Source of the DNA: Chloroflexota bacterium
Lineage (GTDB): Bacteria; Chloroflexota; UBA11872; VXOZ01
Assembly: GCA_965221905.1 (NCBI GenBank)
Contig: OZ244922.1
Coordinates: forward strand, 2,080,001 to 2,144,000
DNA length: 64,000 bases
Reading direction: 5' to 3'
Made by a program: the position numbers and the translations under genes. A model generated the notes under the pieces. It was not told where the DNA came from. It was given only the letters and a program-made list of their open reading frames with translations, and did no database searches. Below are positions 31,583 to 42,173 of the stretch, in pieces (the stretch's first letter is position 1; the number at the start of each line of letters is the position of its first letter).

Positions 31583-32593
31583 ATGTTTGGTGCACAGCAA
31601 ATCGGCATAGACCTGGGAACGGCTAACGTACTGGTCTACGTTCCGGGACGCGGCATTACTATTGACGGACCTTCCGTCGTCGCCGTTTCGACTGACGACA
31701 ACCACGTTGAAACTATCGGTGACGAAGCCCGCCAAATGATCGGACGGGTGCCATCCAATATCGCCGTTGTGCGCCCAATGCGTGAAGGCGTGATTGCTGA
31801 TTACGTCATTACCCAAGAGATGATCCGCCATCTGATTCGGCGCGTTTGCGGCCGGGTGCGCTTCTACAAGCCTGACGTTATGGTCTCGGTGCCAACCGGC
31901 ATCACCAGCGTCGAACGCCGCGCAGTGCATGATGCAGTGATCTCAGCCGGTGCCGGCAATGCTTACTTGATCGAAGAACCGCTTGCCGCCGCGCTCGGCG
32001 CCAATGTGCCCATTTCCTCCCCGAGCGGCAACATGATAGTGAATGTCGGTGGCGGCACTACTGAAGTTGCTGTTCTGTCGCTCAACGCCATCGTGGTCTG
32101 TTCATCAGTACGTGTTGGAGGGACCCGTCTCGATACAACGATTTATAATTATGTCAAGAGACACTATAACCTCCTAATCGGTGAAGGAACTGCCGAGGAG
32201 GTGAAGATCGCGGTTGGAAGCGCGCTTCCAATGGAACGACCGTTAACGCTGGAAGTTCGCGGTAGAGACCAAGTGGCCGGCCTGCCTCGGACCATAACAA
32301 TTTCCTCTGATGAAATTACCGAAGCAATTCAAGAAACCGTAGCCATCATTGTCAAGTGTGTGCGAGACGTGCTGGTGAAAACACCGCCGGAGCTGGCATC
32401 AGATATCATCGACCGCGGCATCGTGATGACAGGCGGCGGTTCCCTCCTGCGGAATCTTGACGGTTTGCTCACCCAGGAAACCGGCATCGCATGTTATGTT
32501 ACCGAGAGTCCGCTCATCAGCGTGGCACTAGGAACCGGAGTAGCCTTGCAGTACTTCGACACGCTGAAGCGCAGCCTCGTCAGTTTCCGTTAG
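31583..32593 (+). CDS. mreB: Rod shape-determining protein MreB/Mbl
   Basis: [33 protein letters not shown]. Confidence 0.93.
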   Translation: MFGAQQIGIDLGTANVLVYVPGRGITIDGPSVVAVSTDDNHVETIGDEARQMIGRVPSNIAVVRPMREGVIADYVITQEMIRHLIRRVCGRVRFYKPDVMVSVPTGITSVERRAVHDAVISAGAGNAYLIEEPLAAALGANVPISSPSGNMIVNVGGGTTEVAVLSLNAIVVCSSVRVGGTRLDTTIYNYVKRHYNLLIGEGTAEEVKIAVGSALPMERPLTLEVRGRDQVAGLPRTITISSDEITEAIQETVAIIVKCVRDVLVKTPPELASDIIDRGIVMTGGGSLLRNLDGLLTQETGIACYVTESPLISVALGTGVALQYFDTLKRSLVSFR

Positions 32594-32900
32594 TGGCAAT
32601 CGCACGTGCCGGTGGCAGCCGGGCGCCTGCGGCAATCTCACGAAGGAACTCGCCAGAGTGTCCATCTTCTCGCAATTGCAGCCGGGAGAGCTCTAAAACG
32701 AGAACGTCTTCTTGCTATCGGCATGGTGTCCGCCTGCATCGTGGCAACAGCGCTGCACCCCGCCAAGATTGGTCGCGGCTCAACGCTCCCTAGAACCTTA
32801 GATGCAAGCAGGCACTCCATTTTCCCGCAAACAGGCTGCTTCCGCCCTGCTTGCGCTTATTGACACCCTTCAATATTGCGTCGGCTGAAACCGGAAACAA

Positions 32901-32909
32901 TGCTATAAT
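32901..32909 (+). promoter_or_regulatory. Candidate extended -10 promoter for yebC-ruvCAB
   Basis: TGCTATAAT about 110 bp upstream of the yebC start. Confidence 0.45.
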
Positions 32910-33017
32910 GACTCTAGTAATTCGGTACAGGCACGACCTCCAGAGGACATCCTCTCAACGTTTCAGAACCCCGCGAGGCCATTGGCGTTGGCATCGGCGT
33001 TGACTGGGAGAAGTATC

Positions 33018-33770
33018 ATGGCAGGACACTCAAAATGGGCGCAAATCAAGCGCCAAAAGGCAGCCAACGACGCAAAGCGGGGGCAGCTCTATACAAAGCT
33101 TGGACGCGAGATTGCTGTGTCCGCTCGTGATGGCGGCGGGGATCCTGAAATGAACTTTCGCCTGCGTCTTGCGATCCAACGCGCGAAAGATGCCAACATG
33201 CCCGCCGACACCATTGAGCGCGCTGTCAAACGCGGGAGCGGTGAACTGGATGATGATATTCGTCTTGAAGACATCTTCTATGAGGGGTATGGGCCGGGAG
33301 GCGCGGCACTTTTAATTGAAGCGCTTACGGACAACCGGAACCGCACCGTAGCAGAACTCCGCAATGTGCTCGCGCGCGGTGGCGGCAACCTCGGCGAATC
33401 CGGCAGCGTCGCGTGGATGTTTGATACGCGGGGACAGATAATTATCGAACTAAGCAACGGCGACCCCGATGAGGCTATGCTCGAATCGATTGAGTTAGGT
33501 GCGGAAGACGTACAGGAAGAAGACGGCACGCTGGTTGTACTCACACTCCTCGAGCAACTCGAATCCGTCCGCCGTGGCATGGAAGAACTCGGTTACACCG
33601 TGGAAAGCGCCGAGCTCACGCGTGTCCCAAAAACCATGTCGGAACCCGATACCGATAAAGCGACGCAGTCGATGCGGCTCATCGAGCGCGTCGAAGACCT
33701 AGATGACGTGCAAAAAGTCTACACGAATCTCGAACTCACTGAAGAAGTGATAGCTGCGTACGCAAGCTAG
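33018..33770 (+). CDS. yebC: YebC/PmpR family protein
   Basis: MAGHSKWAQIK, YEGYGPGG, LTDNRNRT, DDVQKVYTN. Confidence 0.96.
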   Translation: MAGHSKWAQIKRQKAANDAKRGQLYTKLGREIAVSARDGGGDPEMNFRLRLAIQRAKDANMPADTIERAVKRGSGELDDDIRLEDIFYEGYGPGGAALLIEALTDNRNRTVAELRNVLARGGGNLGESGSVAWMFDTRGQIIIELSNGDPDEAMLESIELGAEDVQEEDGTLVVLTLLEQLESVRRGMEELGYTVESAELTRVPKTMSEPDTDKATQSMRLIERVEDLDDVQKVYTNLELTEEVIAAYAS

Positions 33771-33778
33771 GATGACCT

Positions 33779-34270
33779 ATGCGCATCCTTGGTATCGACC
33801 CGGGCATTGCTCGTCTCGGGTACGGCATCATCGAAGATACACCTCAGCTTTCCGTCGTTGCCTTTGGCTGTATCACGACCCCGGCCAAGCAGAGTCAGCC
33901 GCTGCGTCTCCTTTCTATCTACAGGCAGCTTGAGGAAGTCTTCGAGTTGGCTGCGCCCGATGAGGTCGCCGTGGAGCGGCTCTTCTTCAATCAGAACATT
34001 ACCACTGCGTTCGCGGTTGGTGAGGCGAGGGGAGTTGTGCTCTTGCGCGCAGCCGAGGCCGGCTGTCCTGTGAGCGATTACGCACCCTTGCAGATCAAGC
34101 AAGCGCTCGTTGGATACGGGCGTGCCGACAAGCGGCAGGTCCAGATTATGGTATCTATGGCGCTTTCGCTCGACAAGCCGCCCACACCCGATGACGCAGC
34201 CGACGCTCTCGCGGTAGCTATCTGCCATGCGCACATGCGCACTGCTCAGCAACTCCTTGCGCAAACATGA
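33779..34270 (+). CDS. ruvC: Holliday junction resolvase RuvC
   Basis: ILGIDPG, E.LFF..N, GYGRADK, DDAADALA. Confidence 0.96.
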   Translation: MRILGIDPGIARLGYGIIEDTPQLSVVAFGCITTPAKQSQPLRLLSIYRQLEEVFELAAPDEVAVERLFFNQNITTAFAVGEARGVVLLRAAEAGCPVSDYAPLQIKQALVGYGRADKRQVQIMVSMALSLDKPPTPDDAADALAVAICHAHMRTAQQLLAQT

Positions 34271-34830
34271 TTGCATTTATTCATGGCGAGCTTGTTCGCA
34301 CGGAGGTTGACTCCGTCACGGTTCGTGTCGGCGGCTTTGGTCTGCGAATGGCTGTTCCCAGCAACATCATTCAGCAGATTGGCGCGGTGGGCACTGCCGT
34401 TACGCTGGAGACGAGACTGCTCGTACGAGACGACCGTCTAGAACTCTTCGGCTTCGCCGATGAGCGCCAAGCGTCACTATTCGACCAAGTCCAGACGGTG
34501 GGAGGCGTCGGGCCGCGACTTGCCCTAGCCATACTCTCGACGTTTACTCCTGACCAATTTGCCGCAGCACTCGAGAACGAAGACCTGCGGCAGCTCACCC
34601 GCGTCAGCGGCCTGGGCAAGCGGACGGCTAGCCGGGTCATTCTCGAACTTCGCGGCAAACTGGCGCCAGCGACCGAAGCCACGGGTGTTTCCGACGATAC
34701 AGCAGACGCGCTGGCGGCACTGGGATACTCTGCGTCCGAGATCGCGCACGTGCTGGCTCGTCCTGAAGTCCAGGCAGCCGGATCGGTTGAAGAGCGTATT
34801 GCGGCAGCGTTGCGGCAGATTGGGGCCTAA
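34267..34830 (+). CDS. ruvA: Holliday junction branch migration protein RuvA
   Basis: MIAFIHG, LFGF, GVGPRLA, GLGKRTA, ALAALGY. Confidence 0.94.
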   Translation: MIAFIHGELVRTEVDSVTVRVGGFGLRMAVPSNIIQQIGAVGTAVTLETRLLVRDDRLELFGFADERQASLFDQVQTVGGVGPRLALAILSTFTPDQFAAALENEDLRQLTRVSGLGKRTASRVILELRGKLAPATEATGVSDDTADALAALGYSASEIAHVLARPEVQAAGSVEERIAAALRQIGA

Positions 34831-34961
34831 CGGCAGACCCAAGGAGTTACTTAGCTGTACCATCTACTTGAATCCGGCTTGTTGAAAGGTCGTGTCGAAC
34901 TTGAATTGCCTCACCTGGGCGGTCTGCATGGAGTGCAAGCGCATTTGCAAGGGATGAGTAC

Positions 34962-35996
34962 ATGACCGACACCCGCATCGTTGCCCCACAAGAGGAGCCG
35001 GAAGACGCTCAAGCCGCGCAAACACTGCGGCCGCGTTCCCTGGACGAGTGCATCGGACAGGACAAGGTGCGGGAGCATTTGCTGATTGCGATCACCGCCG
35101 CAAAGCTGCGGCAGGAGCCGCTTGACCATACCCTTTTCCATGGCCCGCCGGGGCTGGGCAAAACGACCTTTGCAAACGTGCTGGCCACGGAGATGGGCGT
35201 CAACATCAAAGTTACCGCTGGACCGGCAATTGAGCGACCAGGCGACCTAGCAGCTATCCTCTCAAACGTCCGCTCCCACGACATTCTCTTTATCGACGAA
35301 GTGCATCGCCTCCATCACGCCGTGGAGGAAATCCTCTACCCGGCGATGGAGGACTTTGCACTGGATATCGTCATGGGTAAAGGCATGGCGGCGCGCAGCA
35401 TCCGTCTCTCTCTGCCTCCCTTCACGCTCATTGGCGCCACCACACGACTGGCACTGATAAGTTCTCCTTTGCGAGACCGCTTTGGCGCCCATTTCCACAT
35501 GGAATACTATGATCTGGATGCAATGCGCATGATTGTCAAACGCTCAGCCGGGATATTGCGAGTGGTCATTGACGAGGATGGAATAAACGAAATCGCGCAA
35601 CGCTCACGCGGCACTCCCCGCATAACGAACCGATTGCTGCGCCGCATCCGCGACTGGGCGCAGGTGAAAGGCGACGGGCACATTACCGCGTCGCTTGCCG
35701 AGGACTGCCTTACGAGCTTGGAAATCGACGGTTTGGGGCTCGACGCCGTGGATCGTACTATCCTTCTTACCATAATTGAGAAATTCGGTGGTGGGCCGGT
35801 GGGAATCGATACGATGGCGGCGGCAATTGGCGACGAGGCGCAGACCATTGAGGATGTCTATGAACCGTACCTGATGCAACTTGGCTTCTTAGCAAAGACG
35901 CCCCGCGGACGGGTCGCGCTTTCTGCGGCGTCTGCGCACCTGGGGCTTGAGACTGTCGATGCTGATGACGATGATCAGCCTCGGCTCTTCGACTAG
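34962..35996 (+). CDS. ruvB: Holliday junction helicase RuvB
   Basis: [39 protein letters not shown]. Confidence 0.97.
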   Translation: MTDTRIVAPQEEPEDAQAAQTLRPRSLDECIGQDKVREHLLIAITAAKLRQEPLDHTLFHGPPGLGKTTFANVLATEMGVNIKVTAGPAIERPGDLAAILSNVRSHDILFIDEVHRLHHAVEEILYPAMEDFALDIVMGKGMAARSIRLSLPPFTLIGATTRLALISSPLRDRFGAHFHMEYYDLDAMRMIVKRSAGILRVVIDEDGINEIAQRSRGTPRITNRLLRRIRDWAQVKGDGHITASLAEDCLTSLEIDGLGLDAVDRTILLTIIEKFGGGPVGIDTMAAAIGDEAQTIEDVYEPYLMQLGFLAKTPRGRVALSAASAHLGLETVDADDDDQPRLFD

Positions 35997-36014
35997 ATCG
36001 CTAGGCAAGGCCAA

Positions 36015-36647
36015 ATGTATCGCACTCCCGCACTTCCGCAACGCACGGTGCGCGACTCGCTGCGCTGGATTGGTTGGGATGTACCCCTCCGATTAATCCC
36101 ATTCGCTGCAATCTCACTCTTCTGGGCCTATGTCTTTGCTAATTGGACTGAGACGCTAAAGCTCTCGTGGAACCTAACCGGACTGGACGCTGCGCTAATT
36201 CTGGGTACCGGCATTCCCGCATTCGTGGCGTGCACGCTGTTTCGGACACGCTATTGGCCCATCCAAAATCTGGCAACTCCCCGTGCGCATCTGATTGAAG
36301 ATGGGTACTTTTTCTTCTTCAATGCGCCCGCCGAGGAACTCTTCTTTCGCGGCATGCTCCAATCGTGGGCGATGTCCCTCGGCTTTTTGCCGCCGGCCGT
36401 AGGCTTTGCGGCTGTTGCGGTGATCTTCGGCTTTTATCATCGCCTAGTCGGATTTCCCTTGCCTTTCCTGTTGCTTGCCACCGCAGGCGGCGTTTTATTT
36501 GGCCTCCTCTTCCTGGTGTCAAGTTCGATACTGACGCCAATCATCGTTCACTTCATTGCCGATCTCGCGCTCTTCAATCTAGGACCCGCCCTGCTCGCTC
36601 GTATTGGCAGGAACCCTTATCGTGTGATTAGAGCGCCATCCGTTTGA
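36015..36647 (+). CDS. CPBP (Abi/CAAX) family intramembrane metalloprotease
   Basis: EELFFRG, FGFYH, H...D motifs. Confidence 0.88.
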   Translation: MYRTPALPQRTVRDSLRWIGWDVPLRLIPFAAISLFWAYVFANWTETLKLSWNLTGLDAALILGTGIPAFVACTLFRTRYWPIQNLATPRAHLIEDGYFFFFNAPAEELFFRGMLQSWAMSLGFLPPAVGFAAVAVIFGFYHRLVGFPLPFLLLATAGGVLFGLLFLVSSSILTPIIVHFIADLALFNLGPALLARIGRNPYRVIRAPSV

Positions 36648-36673
36648 CAGTCTATTGTCCTGTTTCTTACACT
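36644..36673 (+). promoter_or_regulatory. Candidate sigma70 promoter upstream of the radical SAM gene
   Basis: TTGACA-18bp-TACACT. Confidence 0.45.
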
Positions 36674-36895
36674 AAAGGTGATGTGCGCTCTTTACAGACC
36701 CCGTTACCTCGTGCCGAAAGCCGGGCAATTTGCCCTAATGTAAACTGCAACTGATAATGTCTAGTATTGAGAAGCTAAGGAAAACATGCGCCTATCTTCT
36801 ACAAATAGATCACCGCTATACAACAGACCAATTCACGGTGGTACCGGGCGGCACACCGAGCCCGGCTTCTCACAAAAGAATGAAAGAGGTGCTCC

Positions 36896-38029
36896 GTGAA
36901 TACGATTGACGGCGCCGTTGACCTCATCAAGAAACACAAGCGGCACCGCGCGGTACTGACTCCGCGTGTCGGCCAGTTTATGTACCACTGGATGAAGGGC
37001 ACCACGCATCTACCGTATCTTCCTCTCAAGCTGCACGTCGAGCCGACCAGCGTGTGTAACTTGCGTTGCCCCATGTGCCCGCAGAGCTTGGGATTGCCCG
37101 ATGAGCAGGGCTATATGGAAGTCGACCTCTTTCGCAAGATCATCGATGACTGCAAGGACTACGTGCGCGAAATCAACCTGTTTCTGCGCGGCGAATCGCT
37201 CATTCATCCGCAGCTCGATGAAATGATTCGCATTTGCGAAGGGGCGGGGATTGTCGCGAATCTGAGTACAAACGCGAAGATCCTTACTGCGGACCGCGCC
37301 GAAATGCTCTTGGATGCGGGGCTGAGCAAGCTCACCGTGAGCTTCGACGCAGGCGAAAAAGAGATGTATGAGAAAATGCGGCACGGCGCAAAGTTTGATC
37401 GCGTGCTGGCTAATGTCCTGGAGTTTCTCCGGCGCAAACAGGCCCGAGGCAGCGACAAACCTTATGTGGTCATGCAGATGCTGGTCTTCTACGAACCCGG
37501 CATGCAGCCCAAGATCCCGCGCGAGTTTCGCGATCAGTTTGCCGGGCTTCCGGTTGATGAGTGGGACCCCATGTTTGCCCACGGCTGGGCAGGTATGTTC
37601 GACAGTAGCGAGGAGTTTACTCCTCGACCCAGCGGGCCGAACTATCACCCGTGCAACTGGCTTTGGAAGTCCATGACCATCTATTGGGATGGTACCGTCC
37701 CGGCCTGTTGCGCTGACTGGACCGGCAGCTACGTATTGGGAGACGTACGTGAAGAGAGTGTCAGCGATCTTTGGAACAACGAGGACATGGTTCGGTTACG
37801 TCAGTTGCAGGTGGACGGCCGCTATAAGGAAGTCGGCATTTGCAGCCGCTGTGACGCTCTGTGGCAACCTGACGGCAAGCTGTGGCAGGTCATGTCGAAA
37901 GTAGAAGACGTCATAACTGGTGGAAACCCGCCAGGCGAAAGCGTCCGCGTTGCCATGCAGAATGGCGCGAACGGCAACGGCAAGCCCAAAGCTAAAGTAA
38001 GAATACGCAAGAATCCGCCTCCAACGTAG
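36896..38029 (+). CDS. Radical SAM protein with C-terminal SPASM/twitch Fe-S domain
   Basis: CNLRCPMC; PCNWLW...WDG.V.ACC.D...C..C auxiliary cluster motif; GAGG RBS. Confidence 0.92.
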   Translation: MNTIDGAVDLIKKHKRHRAVLTPRVGQFMYHWMKGTTHLPYLPLKLHVEPTSVCNLRCPMCPQSLGLPDEQGYMEVDLFRKIIDDCKDYVREINLFLRGESLIHPQLDEMIRICEGAGIVANLSTNAKILTADRAEMLLDAGLSKLTVSFDAGEKEMYEKMRHGAKFDRVLANVLEFLRRKQARGSDKPYVVMQMLVFYEPGMQPKIPREFRDQFAGLPVDEWDPMFAHGWAGMFDSSEEFTPRPSGPNYHPCNWLWKSMTIYWDGTVPACCADWTGSYVLGDVREESVSDLWNNEDMVRLRQLQVDGRYKEVGICSRCDALWQPDGKLWQVMSKVEDVITGGNPPGESVRVAMQNGANGNGKPKAKVRIRKNPPPT

Positions 38030-38074
38030 GCATCATGCAGGAATATACCTTCTTTACCCTGGAGAAATGACTTC

Positions 38075-38326
38075 ATGCCCATAAACGAACAGCTACTTGA
38101 GATTCTGCGCTGTCCGGCTAATAAAGCACCGTTGCGACCGCTCTCAGATGATGAGATCAACGCGCTCAATGCTCGAATTGAGAACGAGGAAGTCAAGTAT
38201 CAAGACGGCAATGTGGTGGACAAGCCGTTGGAGGAAGGGCTCATTACCGAAGACGGAGCCACAGTCTACCGAATTGACGAGAGTATTCCGGTGATGCTGA
38301 TCGAGATGGGCATCCCAACGGAGTAA
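38075..38326 (+). CDS. Trm112 family protein
   Basis: LLEILRCP...YRIDESIPVML. Confidence 0.85.
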   Translation: MPINEQLLEILRCPANKAPLRPLSDDEINALNARIENEEVKYQDGNVVDKPLEEGLITEDGATVYRIDESIPVMLIEMGIPTE

Positions 38327-38451
38327 ACGCAAGTGGGCCAAACAGCACACTGAGTACTTTGCAGGCCTAACGCGCTTTGAGACGTAACGGAATTATCGCA
38401 AAGAGAAGCTCTCTTGCCGAACGAATTGGGCAAGAGAGCTTTCTGTCATTT

Positions 38452-39549
38452 CTATTGTAGTTTCCCTCGCCCCAGAATAGGCCACACCACTTCCACGCGA
38501 CCATCGCGAATGCCGTAGAAGTTGTCGTGCAGGAACACTGTCGTGTCCCCGTAGCCCACGATGAACTGTAGTTTGTCCCCAACACGGGGAGTGCCGGACG
38601 GCTCTGCCAACTGGATCGTGCCATGCTCTGCTGAGCATCCAACGGAGGTTACATTAGGCAGGCCGCGGGGCTTGGGAGTGCTCGCGTCGGTGCTCATCGT
38701 CTTTTTCCCTGCATCGCAAATTATGCGCGTGGGGGCGGGCCTACTCGTCACGGTAGAGAGAACGGTCAGCGCGAATTCATGAGGCACCTCGAAGCGCTCC
38801 CGATACGTGATGTCGCAGAAGATGCCGCCACCTGCCTGGATCTCGGTGACGCCCGGTTGGAACGCAGTATGCCAGTACGTGCCGCTGCCGCCGCAACTCA
38901 CGATTTCCACCGGTAAGCCTGCGTCACGACACTGTTGTGCGCTTCCGGTGAGCCGAGCAATCACCTCTTTGACCATCTGCTCTTTCTCGGTATCGTCCTT
39001 GGCCCCGAGCACCTGGGCTTCCCAGCCCATCACCCCCGCAAACTCAAGACTTGGATAGGCGGCGATTTTCTTGGCAAGCGCGACTACCGGCTCGCCCGGC
39101 AGCACACCGGCCCGGTCTATTCCCACGTTCACTTCAACCACTAAGCGTTGCCGGACGCCTTTGCGCTCTGCTGCCTCCGCTATTTCGCGGACGTTTTCCT
39201 CGCTATCCACGGCTGGGATGACGTCGGCGTGTTTGCGAAGGTTGACGAGCCGCTCGACCTTTTGGGGACCAACTATCTGGTTGGCGATGAGGATGTTGCG
39301 AATGCCGCCCGCAGCCATTACCTCAGCTTCGCCGAGCTTGGCACACGTGACACCTATCGCGCCGGCATCCACAAGCATGTGCGCGATCGCGGGAGACTTG
39401 ATCCCTTTGCTGTGCGGACGCCAGTTTATCCCGGCCTCTTGAATGATCACGCGCGCCATATGCGCTACATTACGCTCCAAGGCGTCCAATTCTACCAAGA
39501 GTGCCGGTGTATCGATGTCTTCAAGCGGTCGGCCAATAATGTTCATCAT
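38452..39549 (-). CDS. DSD1/D-threonine aldolase-like fold-type III PLP enzyme
   Basis: IDTPAL, RPHSK, EAEV, GGSGT, DAGKK, SAEHG; TGATG coupling to the upstream gene. Confidence 0.88.
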   Translation of the reverse strand: MMNIIGRPLEDIDTPALLVELDALERNVAHMARVIIQEAGINWRPHSKGIKSPAIAHMLVDAGAIGVTCAKLGEAEVMAAGGIRNILIANQIVGPQKVERLVNLRKHADVIPAVDSEENVREIAEAAERKGVRQRLVVEVNVGIDRAGVLPGEPVVALAKKIAAYPSLEFAGVMGWEAQVLGAKDDTEKEQMVKEVIARLTGSAQQCRDAGLPVEIVSCGGSGTYWHTAFQPGVTEIQAGGGIFCDITYRERFEVPHEFALTVLSTVTSRPAPTRIICDAGKKTMSTDASTPKPRGLPNVTSVGCSAEHGTIQLAEPSGTPRVGDKLQFIVGYGDTTVFLHDNFYGIRDGRVEVVWPILGRGKLQ

Positions 39550-40541
39550 CAGATAGTTATCCACTTGTCTGCGCGGCTTGCCGCAAAGGAAGTTTCTATG
39601 ATGCGTGTGGTCTTGGCTCCATCTTCACCTGAATACAGCGGCGGCTTACCTGCCAAGACTCGATCACTAAAATCCTGGATGAGCGGCAAGTGCCTGTTCT
39701 CCGCATGCGGGAGCATGAACTCCTCGGTGCCGGCCGCGGTCTTCAAGGTGAGCTGCGGCCCATCGGTCGGCGTACTGAAGATTGCGCCCTCGGTACCGAA
39801 TATTTCAATCGTGTCGTAGCCGACGCCGATGCTCCAGTGAAACGAGGCGGTCACCTGAACCCCGCTCTCCATCTTGATCAGCAGCACGTCCGAATCATCA
39901 GCGGGATACGAGTGCACGAGCGTCTCATTGCGGGCAGCGACAGCCGCGGGTTCGCCAAACCAATAGCAAAGGAGGTCGAGGCGGTGCGAGCCGACGTCGG
40001 CAATCGGTCCTCCGGCGCTCTTGGCGGGATCAACACGCCAGATTTTCGGGTCATCCGGAGTCGGATCGTAGTTGCCTGTCAATACCAAACGTACCAGGAC
40101 CGGCGTACCTATCGCCCCATTGTCGATTAGTTCCTTGATTTTTCGGTTGTTTGGATAGTAGCGCCGATAGTACGCGACGGCCAGATTGACACCGCCGTCG
40201 CGACAAGCGTCAACCATCGCTTGACACTCAGCGCCGGTGAGCGCCATTGGCTTCTCGCAGAGCACGTGTTTTCCAACGGCCGCCGCCGCAATGGTCTGCG
40301 GCAAATGCTCGTAAACGCGGCTTGCGGCATAGACGACGTCAATATCGGGGTCAGCGAGAAAGGCATTGATATCGCTGTACGCTCGCCGCGCGCCGTGCCG
40401 ACTCGTAAAGTCTTCCGCTCGCTCTTGACTGCTGCTTGCAAACGCAACGAGGGTGCTATTCGGATCCTCGTTTACTGCTGGCGCCACCGCTTTGTTCGCA
40501 ATGTCGCCGCAACCAATGATGCCCCAGCCAACTCGTGCCAT
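39549..40541 (-). CDS. Gfo/Idh/MocA family oxidoreductase
   Basis: GCGDIA, HVLCEKP, AYYRRY, DVGSHRLD. Confidence 0.9.
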   Translation of the reverse strand: MARVGWGIIGCGDIANKAVAPAVNEDPNSTLVAFASSSQERAEDFTSRHGARRAYSDINAFLADPDIDVVYAASRVYEHLPQTIAAAAVGKHVLCEKPMALTGAECQAMVDACRDGGVNLAVAYYRRYYPNNRKIKELIDNGAIGTPVLVRLVLTGNYDPTPDDPKIWRVDPAKSAGGPIADVGSHRLDLLCYWFGEPAAVAARNETLVHSYPADDSDVLLIKMESGVQVTASFHWSIGVGYDTIEIFGTEGAIFSTPTDGPQLTLKTAAGTEEFMLPHAENRHLPLIQDFSDRVLAGKPPLYSGEDGAKTTRIIETSFAASRADKWITI

Positions 40542-40544
40542 AGT

Positions 40545-40904
40545 TTACTCCTCCGGCCCACCTGCATCTGTGATTGGCGCCGAGTTGCTGGCTGTGTGTG
40601 GCGGAACCACCCAGCGACCGACACCGTTTCGAATTGCGTGCATTAGTTCCTCGATGAGTTCTTCGTCTTCACCGGAACGAATCGCCTCTGAAACGCACCC
40701 CTCGATGTGGCTGCGCAGGACGATAAGTGAGACTTCCTGCAGTCCGGCAGTTATCGCCGCCATCTGCTGGAGAATATCCACGCAGTACCTATCTTCAGCA
40801 ACCATGCGCTGAATGCCCCGCACCTGACCTTCAATCCGCCGGAGCCGGTTGAGCAGGGCTTGTTGCTCAGCTTGATATCTGTGGCCGGACGGTGCATCTG
40901 ACAA
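40545..40904 (-). CDS. CsoR/RcnR family metal-sensitive transcriptional regulator
   Basis: RLRRIEGQVRGIQRM...YCVDILQQ...HIEGCV. Confidence 0.9.
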   Translation of the reverse strand: MSDAPSGHRYQAEQQALLNRLRRIEGQVRGIQRMVAEDRYCVDILQQMAAITAGLQEVSLIVLRSHIEGCVSEAIRSGEDEELIEELMHAIRNGVGRWVVPPHTASNSAPITDAGGPEE

Positions 40905-41332
40905 CGCGGCACCTGCTCCTTAATCATCTACCAGCGGCAAGTCTGCTTCCGGTCTCATAGGGCGTTCTTGAAAGCAATTAGGGGTTGCGATACTGCTGTG
41001 TCGTTGATTATTGTACACCAACTCCATGCATCAGGTGGGTGCTCTGCCACCACCGTCGCCCAACAGAGGCTATAGCACAAGCGCCATAGCAATTCTCGGC
41101 GCGGCGGCTACGCTTACTTATCGACTTGCTGAGACCGCCTACCGGATTTGCAATACCTGCATCTGGATACTGCCCCGCTATTGCCGGTATAATTGCCGGG
41201 AAGTGAGTTACGTGCCGACGGGCATGGAATGTCGAAACGGGCGCATAGTAGATCGTGCCGTAGCGAAACGGTGTGAATGGAAAACTTGGCGGAAGTCGGA
41301 GCCCGAATTGAGCAAGTAAGGAAAGTTATTTA

Positions 41333-41725
41333 GTGCCTCGCTTTGCGGTCGGTCATCGCTTCCCGGCGCAAGCAATTCACCTTGCGCCCGAATGCGTACG
41401 GCAATATCTCGCTGCCGTGGGGAGTGAAAGCCCTCTCTACCACGGGGACAACACCACCGCGCCTCCCCTGGCCGTCGCTGCGTGGGTGCTTGCCGGGATC
41501 ATAGAGGCAATCGGCCTGCCGCCCGGTTCCGTACACGCCACTCAGGAGTTTACTTTCATGGATACTGCGCCGCTTGATAGCACACTCGACGCAGAAGCTG
41601 AGGTTGTACAGGCCACGTCGCGCGGCGGTATGGACGTGATTGTCGTCGAGATTAAGGCCCAGCACGAGCAGCGTGCTGTGCTGACAGGGCGCTCGATGCT
41701 GATGATGCCCGCGAGCGAGGCATAG
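41333..41725 (+). CDS. MaoC-like hot-dog fold protein (HadA-type subunit)
   Basis: YLAAVG...APP...VHATQEF.F; paired with the downstream MaoC gene. Confidence 0.8.
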   Translation: MPRFAVGHRFPAQAIHLAPECVRQYLAAVGSESPLYHGDNTTAPPLAVAAWVLAGIIEAIGLPPGSVHATQEFTFMDTAPLDSTLDAEAEVVQATSRGGMDVIVVEIKAQHEQRAVLTGRSMLMMPASEA

Positions 41726-41727
41726 GG

Positions 41728-42141
41728 ATGGATGCGACCAAGCGCTGGCCTGTCGGTGCAGAACTCCCTACCCGATCGCACACGGTGACTCTGGAAACGT
41801 TACGCGACTATGCGGAAGCAAGCGGCGACCACAATCCCATTCACACAGATCCGGCGTTCGCTGCCACCACACCGTTCGAGCGACCGATTGCACACGGCAT
41901 GCTGCTGCTCGCCTACGTCATGGAGATGCTTACAACTACGTATGGTGCGGCTTGGACCACCTCGGGTCAGCTTATGGTACGCTTTCGCAAACCTGCGTAC
42001 GTGGATAGCACGGTAACGGCGTGGGGCGCGATCAAGAGGGTGGATGACGAATCGGGCAGACTGCAGATTGCAGTCGGCTGCCGTGACGAACACGGTAACG
42101 ACCTTGTCACGGGTAGTGCAGAGGTTATGCCCCAGACCTGA
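41728..42141 (+). CDS. MaoC family (R)-specific enoyl hydratase/dehydratase (HadB-type)
   Basis: YAEASGDHNPIH.D...IAHGM, RFRKP. Confidence 0.9.
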   Translation: MDATKRWPVGAELPTRSHTVTLETLRDYAEASGDHNPIHTDPAFAATTPFERPIAHGMLLLAYVMEMLTTTYGAAWTTSGQLMVRFRKPAYVDSTVTAWGAIKRVDDESGRLQIAVGCRDEHGNDLVTGSAEVMPQT

Positions 42142-42173
42142 GCGCCACAGCCAGCGACTCTTGCTAGTCCGCT

